Part shown: piece after piece, positions 44,411-49,707 of the stretch
How the letters are laid out: the number at the start of each line of letters is the position of its first letter
Numbering within the stretch: the stretch's first letter is position 1
Source: a virus
Taxonomy: Duplodnaviria; Caudoviricetes
Direction: 5' to 3' (one strand)
IMG/VR virus record: IMGVR_UViG_3300028585_000293
Coordinates: 1-49,707 of that record
DNA: 49,707 nt
The notes under the pieces: generated by a model
The model's database searches: none
Told to the model about the DNA's origin: nothing
The model's input: the letters and a program-made list of their open reading frames with translations, nothing else
Position numbers and translations under genes: made by a program

Positions 44411-45454
44411 ATGAGAACGAACGATGAAATCCGGCGCCTGAACATGCTGGTCGCAATAGGCAGGCTGGGAAGTGCAGCGAAGTTGGCGGACTTGGTTGAG
44501 ACCTCTCCCGCCTATATAAGTCAAATCAAAAACCGGGTTGCAGATAGTAAAAGCGGCACGCCCAAGGCGATGGGCGACGAGCTAGCGCGCCGCATTGAGG
44601 TGGCATTGCATTTGCCGAAAGGCTGGATGGACGCCCCGCACCATGGTGACTGGCACGTGGCCGGAATTGGCGCGACAGAGGCCCCAGAAACGCCACAACC
44701 TACAGATGCGCGCGTAATCGAGCACATTCGCCGAGAGAATGCTCAACGGCTTGCAAAAGATGAGACTGCCCAGACTCACTTCGCACGCCTAGTCGGCATC
44801 GACGTTTCGCAAGTGAAGCGGATCGCTGGCTTGAGTCCGACGGAGGCCATCAGCTATCCAATGGCACGGCAGATCGAGCAGGCTCACCACCTCCCTAAAG
44901 GCTGGCTTGACGACCCGCATCCGGAGTTTGCCAAACCGCAGGCGCTTGGCACCAATGTGCCGCTGTCGGCTGAAGAAGTACAGCGACTTATGCCTGGGGC
45001 CAAGCCGGTTCGAGTTGTCGATAGCGACGATCCATCACTCACGCACATCCCAAAAGTAAAGCTGCGCTTGTCGGCCGGTATCAGTGGCTTCGAAGTTGAG
45101 CCTGAACGTTTTGATGGTTCCACAACTACAGTGCCTACCCACTGGATCGAGCGGAATGGTTACAAGCGAGAGCAGCTAATTGCGATCCGCGTGAAGGGTG
45201 AGAGCATGGAGCCGACCCTCTATGAAGATGATCTGGTCGTGGTGAACTATGGCGATGTGCACCTGGTCGATGGCAAAGTGTACGCCGTCAACTACGAGGG
45301 CGAAGCAGTGGTCAAGCGCCTGACGCGGGACGCTGGCCAATGGTGGCTCACATCCGACAATCCTGACCAGGTCAAGTTTTACAGGAGAGTTTGCAAGGGG
45401 AGCGACTGCATCATTGTCGGCCGCGTGGTGCGAAAGGAAAGCGAAAGGCTGTAA
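44411..45454 (+). CDS. cI: CI-like repressor: two N-terminal HTH domains and an S24 peptidase domain
   Basis: LSAG cleavage site, VKGESMEP catalytic Ser and VVKRL catalytic Lys; duplicated N-terminal units ending LPKGWMDAPH and LPKGWLDDPH. Confidence 0.93.
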   Translation: MRTNDEIRRLNMLVAIGRLGSAAKLADLVETSPAYISQIKNRVADSKSGTPKAMGDELARRIEVALHLPKGWMDAPHHGDWHVAGIGATEAPETPQPTDARVIEHIRRENAQRLAKDETAQTHFARLVGIDVSQVKRIAGLSPTEAISYPMARQIEQAHHLPKGWLDDPHPEFAKPQALGTNVPLSAEEVQRLMPGAKPVRVVDSDDPSLTHIPKVKLRLSAGISGFEVEPERFDGSTTTVPTHWIERNGYKREQLIAIRVKGESMEPTLYEDDLVVVNYGDVHLVDGKVYAVNYEGEAVVKRLTRDAGQWWLTSDNPDQVKFYRRVCKGSDCIIVGRVVRKESERL

Positions 45455-45726
45455 TGCAGTATGCGGTTTTGCGCGTGCGCGGACAGCGCACGGTTGTGGC
45501 GCTAGTAGAGCGCTGGCAGTTGAACAGCAGGTACGCACCGAGCTTGGTGGATCACCTCGAGGACGAGTTCAGTCTTCCGGCCGTCCTCGTGGCCCGGGAT
45601 GACTCGACGTGGCGCACGGCCCGTGCCTATTCTGCAGGGGATTCGGAACGTGCACTGTTCGAGCTACTCGCTGCCGGGGCGGATATTGAGTGGGACGAAG
45701 TCGAAATAAACAGTTCTAGCATGTGA
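45454..45726 (+). CDS. Hypothetical protein coupled to cI (90 aa)
   Basis: TAATG overlap with the cI stop; MQYAVLRVRGQRTVVALV. Confidence 0.7.
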   Translation: MQYAVLRVRGQRTVVALVERWQLNSRYAPSLVDHLEDEFSLPAVLVARDDSTWRTARAYSAGDSERALFELLAAGADIEWDEVEINSSSM

Positions 45727-45909
45727 TCCGACACCCACGGTCTCCGAGGATCTATCAGCCAGGAGCTCTAGCGCAACTTCAATAGCTATCCCTGCCTCAA
45801 ATAGAAACGCCGCCGCGCTTCTTACCCCATGAGCGCGCTGCAGCGCGATCGCCGTAGCGAGGACCGAGCGGCTATTGCCAATTTTTGTGGCGTCTCTACT
45901 CATCCTCAT
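45664..45909 (-). CDS. Small hypothetical protein, divergent from the recombinases
   Basis: GGAG RBS; AIALQRAHGVRSAAAFLFEAGIAIEVALELL resembles ORF 1579-1770. Confidence 0.5.
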   Translation of the reverse strand: MRMSRDATKIGNSRSVLATAIALQRAHGVRSAAAFLFEAGIAIEVALELLADRSSETVGVGSHARTVYFDFVPLNIRPGSE

Positions 45910-45964
45910 ATAGTCTCCCAGAACAATCGGGGCGTATTGCGCCACATCAAACACTGGAGGCTTT

Positions 45965-47482
45965 ATGGTCAACCGTGCTGTCATGTACGTGCGCATGTCG
46001 ACCGAGAGCCAGGACTACTCCACAGACCATCAGCGGGCCAGTATTCGGGAATACGCGGCCGCGCGCGACATCTCGATCATCCGAGAGTACGTCGACGACG
46101 GCAAGAGCGGCCTGGACATTCGTCGCAGGGCCGGCCTTCTGAGTCTCATGCAGGACGTCCAGTCGCAGGATCCCGACTTCAGCCGCATCCTCGTGTTCGA
46201 CATCAGCCGATGGGGTCGATTCCAGGACATCGATGAGGCCGCCTACCACGAGCATACCTGCAGGCGCGCCGGGATCGAAGTCACCTATTGTGGCGAACGC
46301 TTTGCCGACGACGCAGGGCCGTACGCTTCGCTACTCAAGAGCATGAAACGCGTTATGGCAGCCGAATACAGCCGCGACCTATCCGAAAAGGTATTCGCAG
46401 CCCAGGCTAGGTTCATTGAAATGGGATTCAAGCAAGGTGGCCATGCTGGGTATGGCCTCCGGCGCTTGGCGCTTAAGGCATGCGGCACACCGCGCGCCAT
46501 CCTCGAATATGGCGAGTCGAAGATATCCGCAACGGACCGCGTTGTGCTGGTCTGGGGCCCTGAGCACGAAGTGGCTACGGTGCAGCGCGTGTATGCCCTC
46601 TACCTCGAGCAAGGCGCCAGCGAGGCCGGCTTAGCGCGCATGCTCAACAACGAAACGGTACCCAGCGAATTCGGCCGGCCCTGGACGCAGGCAATGATCA
46701 ATTCGCTACTGACCAATGTGAAGTACTGCGGCGCCCTCGCCTACAACCGGCGCTCGGGCAAGCTATCTACCCGTCGCACTCGCAACGCTACCGACCGATG
46801 GATCGTGAAGCAGGAGGCGGTAGCACCGATCATCAGTGCCAGGGTCTTCGCTCAGGTCCAAGCGGAGCGCGCGCGACGGATGAAGCGCTATAGTCGGGAT
46901 GAGCTGGTCGCCCTCCTCCAGTCCTGCCACGGCCGGCACGGAGCGGTGAACGCGAAGATTATCGCCGCCGACGAGCAGTTGCCAGATCCGCAGCTGCTGG
47001 TACGCACGTTCGGCTCTCTCATGAACGCTTACGAGGCTGCCGGCATACCGGCCTCGCCGAAATATGCGTTCGTGGCGACAAAAAGATTGCTCGCCGCGGC
47101 GCGCACCGGACTCCTACAAGAGGTGGAAGCGCTCGCCCGGGCCGCTGGCGGCGCCACCGATCCTGGAGACAAGCAGAACACCATTCTGATGAATGGACAT
47201 CTCCGGGTGCGGATCGAGATCACTGTCCCACGAAACCCGCGGCGCGGCCAGCGGAACTGGAGAATTCACGGCACACCGGATGCCGACTTCACGATCGTGG
47301 GCCGTATGGAGCCGCTCACAGGAGCCATTGCCGACTACTTTCTTTTCAGCCGGAATGACCTGGCGCCAAGGGTGATCTATCTGAAGGATTCGAATCTCGA
47401 CCAGTTCGCTCGCATGCGGTACCCGACTGTGCGCGGGATGTTTGGTCTTGATGCGCCCAGCTCGCTGGAGTCCACGTGCTGA
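45965..47482 (+). CDS. Large serine recombinase 1 (resolvase + recombinase domains)
   Basis: YVRMST catalytic Ser, DDGKSG, DISRWGRFQD, MAAEYSRDLS and GGHAGYGLRR motifs; GGAGG RBS. Confidence 0.93.
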   Translation: MVNRAVMYVRMSTESQDYSTDHQRASIREYAAARDISIIREYVDDGKSGLDIRRRAGLLSLMQDVQSQDPDFSRILVFDISRWGRFQDIDEAAYHEHTCRRAGIEVTYCGERFADDAGPYASLLKSMKRVMAAEYSRDLSEKVFAAQARFIEMGFKQGGHAGYGLRRLALKACGTPRAILEYGESKISATDRVVLVWGPEHEVATVQRVYALYLEQGASEAGLARMLNNETVPSEFGRPWTQAMINSLLTNVKYCGALAYNRRSGKLSTRRTRNATDRWIVKQEAVAPIISARVFAQVQAERARRMKRYSRDELVALLQSCHGRHGAVNAKIIAADEQLPDPQLLVRTFGSLMNAYEAAGIPASPKYAFVATKRLLAAARTGLLQEVEALARAAGGATDPGDKQNTILMNGHLRVRIEITVPRNPRRGQRNWRIHGTPDADFTIVGRMEPLTGAIADYFLFSRNDLAPRVIYLKDSNLDQFARMRYPTVRGMFGLDAPSSLESTC

Positions 47483-49017
47483 AGGCGTACGCCGACCGGG
47501 CCGCACTGTACCTACGAGCCTCAACCGAGCACCAAAACTACTCGACCGAGCATCAAGAGGCGGCGCTGCAGGAATACGCAGTGGCGCACGGTTTCACAGT
47601 CGTGACGGTGTATCGGGATAAGGGGCGCAGCGGTCTCACCCTAGGCGGGAGGGCTGGGCTGCTCGAGCTGCTCACCGACATTCAGGCCGGCCGCGCCGAC
47701 TTCAATGTGGTTTTGGTCTACGATGTGAGCCGCTGGGGCCGCTTCCAGGACGTCGACGAGAGCGCATACTACGAATATGCCTGCCGCCGGGCCGGCATCG
47801 CCGTTGCATACTGCGCCGAGCCATTCACCAACGATGGATCGCCCCTCGCCGCCGTGCTCAAGGGCCTCAAGCGAGCTATGGCCGCCGAGTACAGTCGCGA
47901 GCTTTCAGCGAAGGTATTTCGAGCGCAGTGTCGCCTTACCGAAGCAGGGTTCAAACAAGGTGGCCTGGCTGGATACGGTCTCCGCCGTGTTGTGATCTCG
48001 GCGACTGGCCAGCCAAAGGGCCTGCTCGGCGCCGGCGAGCGCAAATCCATGCCGACGGACAGGGTCACCTATTCCATAGGGCCTGATGATGAAGTGGGCG
48101 TGATTCACCGCATCTACGACATGTACCTCGGCGAGCGCATGTCCGACACCGGTATTGCACGCCGCCTCAACAATGAGGGAATCGCGAACGAATTCGGCCG
48201 CTCCTGGTCGCCGCACCATGTCAAGCAGGTCCTGACGAACGACAAGTACGCCGGCACGCTGGTGTTCAACCGCAGCACGCAGCGGTTAAAGAGCTCTCGC
48301 CGCGCGAACGCGCAGACCTCCTGGGTGAAGGTGGACGATGCATTTGACGCAATCGTGTCGCGCGAGAAGCTGGATGAAGCGCGTGCCGAACGAAACCGCC
48401 GGCGTCGGCAATGGTCCGACGATGAAATGCTCGACGTTCTCCGTCAGATATTCGTCGAGCACGGCAAGGTGACGCCCGACCTCATCAACGCTAGCGGCGG
48501 CCCGGCGGTGAAGTCATATGCCTTCCGGTTCAACGGCATCACATCCGCTATGGGACTCGCCGGCGTCACCTGGCCATCGCTCACCCGCAGCACGATCACC
48601 AGGTACCGCATGCGGTGCATCACCCGCGACATGACGATTGAGGTCGAGCGATGCGCGGCCGCGGCGAACGCCCAGATTGAGAAGCTCAGCCCGCGCACCT
48701 ACCGGCTGAACGGTGTAACCGCCCGCTTGCTGTGCACTCGGTGCCGCTACGAGCGAAGCCACCCGTGTTGGAAGGTCGCGCTGGCGCACACGCCAGCGGT
48801 CGACTTCATCATCTGGGTGCGGGCAGATGCTCTGAACGAAGGGATCGAAGGAACCTACCTGCTCCCGGTCGCCGACTTCCCCGACCACCTCTACATCTGG
48901 CCGTCCGCTCGAACACTGGCGAAGTATGAACAGTATGCGCACTCGTCAATTGTTGCGATCTTTGGACTACCGGTGGCCGGGCGCCCCAAAGGCAACAGCA
49001 CTTTGAACGCGAAGTAA
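47476..49017 (+). CDS. Large serine recombinase 2
   Basis: YLRAST catalytic Ser, DKGRSG, DVSRWGRFQD and MAAEYSRELS motifs; GTG start overlaps gene 1, with a GGAG RBS. Confidence 0.93.
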   Translation: MLKAYADRAALYLRASTEHQNYSTEHQEAALQEYAVAHGFTVVTVYRDKGRSGLTLGGRAGLLELLTDIQAGRADFNVVLVYDVSRWGRFQDVDESAYYEYACRRAGIAVAYCAEPFTNDGSPLAAVLKGLKRAMAAEYSRELSAKVFRAQCRLTEAGFKQGGLAGYGLRRVVISATGQPKGLLGAGERKSMPTDRVTYSIGPDDEVGVIHRIYDMYLGERMSDTGIARRLNNEGIANEFGRSWSPHHVKQVLTNDKYAGTLVFNRSTQRLKSSRRANAQTSWVKVDDAFDAIVSREKLDEARAERNRRRRQWSDDEMLDVLRQIFVEHGKVTPDLINASGGPAVKSYAFRFNGITSAMGLAGVTWPSLTRSTITRYRMRCITRDMTIEVERCAAAANAQIEKLSPRTYRLNGVTARLLCTRCRYERSHPCWKVALAHTPAVDFIIWVRADALNEGIEGTYLLPVADFPDHLYIWPSARTLAKYEQYAHSSIVAIFGLPVAGRPKGNSTLNAK

Positions 49018-49110
49018 CAATGCGGTGAATATTGATGAGGATTTCCGCATCCCCGCCCAGCTATACTCGCGCAGCGAAACGGCACGCAGAGATGCCGAAA
49101 TCACACCTCC

Positions 49111-49707
49111 ATGTATAAATACGCTATCCCAACTCTAGCCTTCCTTTTAGCCGGATGCGGCGAAAAGCCTGCCGCTCCAGTACCGACAACTGGTAAGTCA
49201 GCTGCGCCCCATAAAATTTCCCTGCGGCTTGCCAGCCCAGATCAAACCATCAAGACTTGGTGGAATATTCGCGATCTTGAAGAGATTGAAAATAAAGAGA
49301 GGTGTGAAACGCGGCCAGTCGCCGAAGAAGACGAATCCGAGAAATATGGTAAAACGATTTCTATTGGCGCGGCACTAGCAAGCTATGACATGTCGCCTCC
49401 CAAGTGTCGAGCAGACATATACAGTCGCGACATTATCGAAGTCAAAGTCGAAAGTGAGACCCGAGCTGTTGTCCTGGCTCGCATTAAACCAGCGACACCC
49501 GTCCCTGAGGGAGTCAGCCTTGCAGCCAGCCAAGAGAAGGAGCGGAGTGAAGGAGCACTTTACCGTTATGTGTTGGAGAAAGTAGATAGCGAGTGGAAAA
49601 TCGAGCAAATGTACCGTCGTTCCGATTATGGCGATAACGCTTGGAGACCGGTGTTTGAAGGCAATGCGCCTGAGTCTGCACACACTTTTGTGTATGGGCC
49701 GCAGTAG
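49111..49707 (+). CDS. Lipoprotein of unknown function
   Basis: Lipobox LLAGC; lower GC; stop codon at the last base of the window. Confidence 0.8.
   Translation: MYKYAIPTLAFLLAGCGEKPAAPVPTTGKSAAPHKISLRLASPDQTIKTWWNIRDLEEIENKERCETRPVAEEDESEKYGKTISIGAALASYDMSPPKCRADIYSRDIIEVKVESETRAVVLARIKPATPVPEGVSLAASQEKERSEGALYRYVLEKVDSEWKIEQMYRRSDYGDNAWRPVFEGNAPESAHTFVYGPQ

Noticed and set aside
45965-49017. Gin/Cin-type tail-fibre invertase system
   Set aside because: The proteins are large LSRs about 37 kb from the fibre genes, and I saw no inverted fibre cassette or flanking inverted repeats.

Overview
Almost the whole window (853 to the right edge) is one temperate, lambdoid/HK97-like siphovirus prophage in a GC-rich betaproteobacterium; an Oxalobacteraceae/Massilia-like host is inferred from protein style only. 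Left of it is the 3' part of a host RTX/DUF4214 surface-protein gene. The left prophage boundary is a 45-bp 3' half of tRNA-Arg(UCU), followed by IHF-consensus and arm-type repeats. Read on the minus strand from the right: cro and early genes, a C5 DNA methyltransferase, an SNF2-methyltransferase fusion, an antirepressor, a Q-like antiterminator, a late promoter with a structured RNA leader, HNH/terminase/portal/ClpP/capsid, a 1069-aa SGNH-esterase virion protein, neck and tail genes, a 1888-aa tape measure, a gp38-like adhesin, a lysis cassette and terminal morons including an O-acyltransferase. On the plus strand at the right: a cI repressor with a duplicated N-terminal domain, two tandem large serine recombinases and a lipoprotein. 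The tyrosine integrase and the intact tRNA end are expected beyond the right edge. Most unusual items: (1) a tRNA-like RNA with a 24-nt anticodon insertion, overlapping a kissing-loop cloverleaf in the late leader; (2) the tandem serine recombinases in the immunity locus; (3) DUF4214-like repeats on the tape measure; (4) an acyltransferase/virion-esterase pair; (5) the double-headed repressor. All family assignments are by eye; no searches were run.
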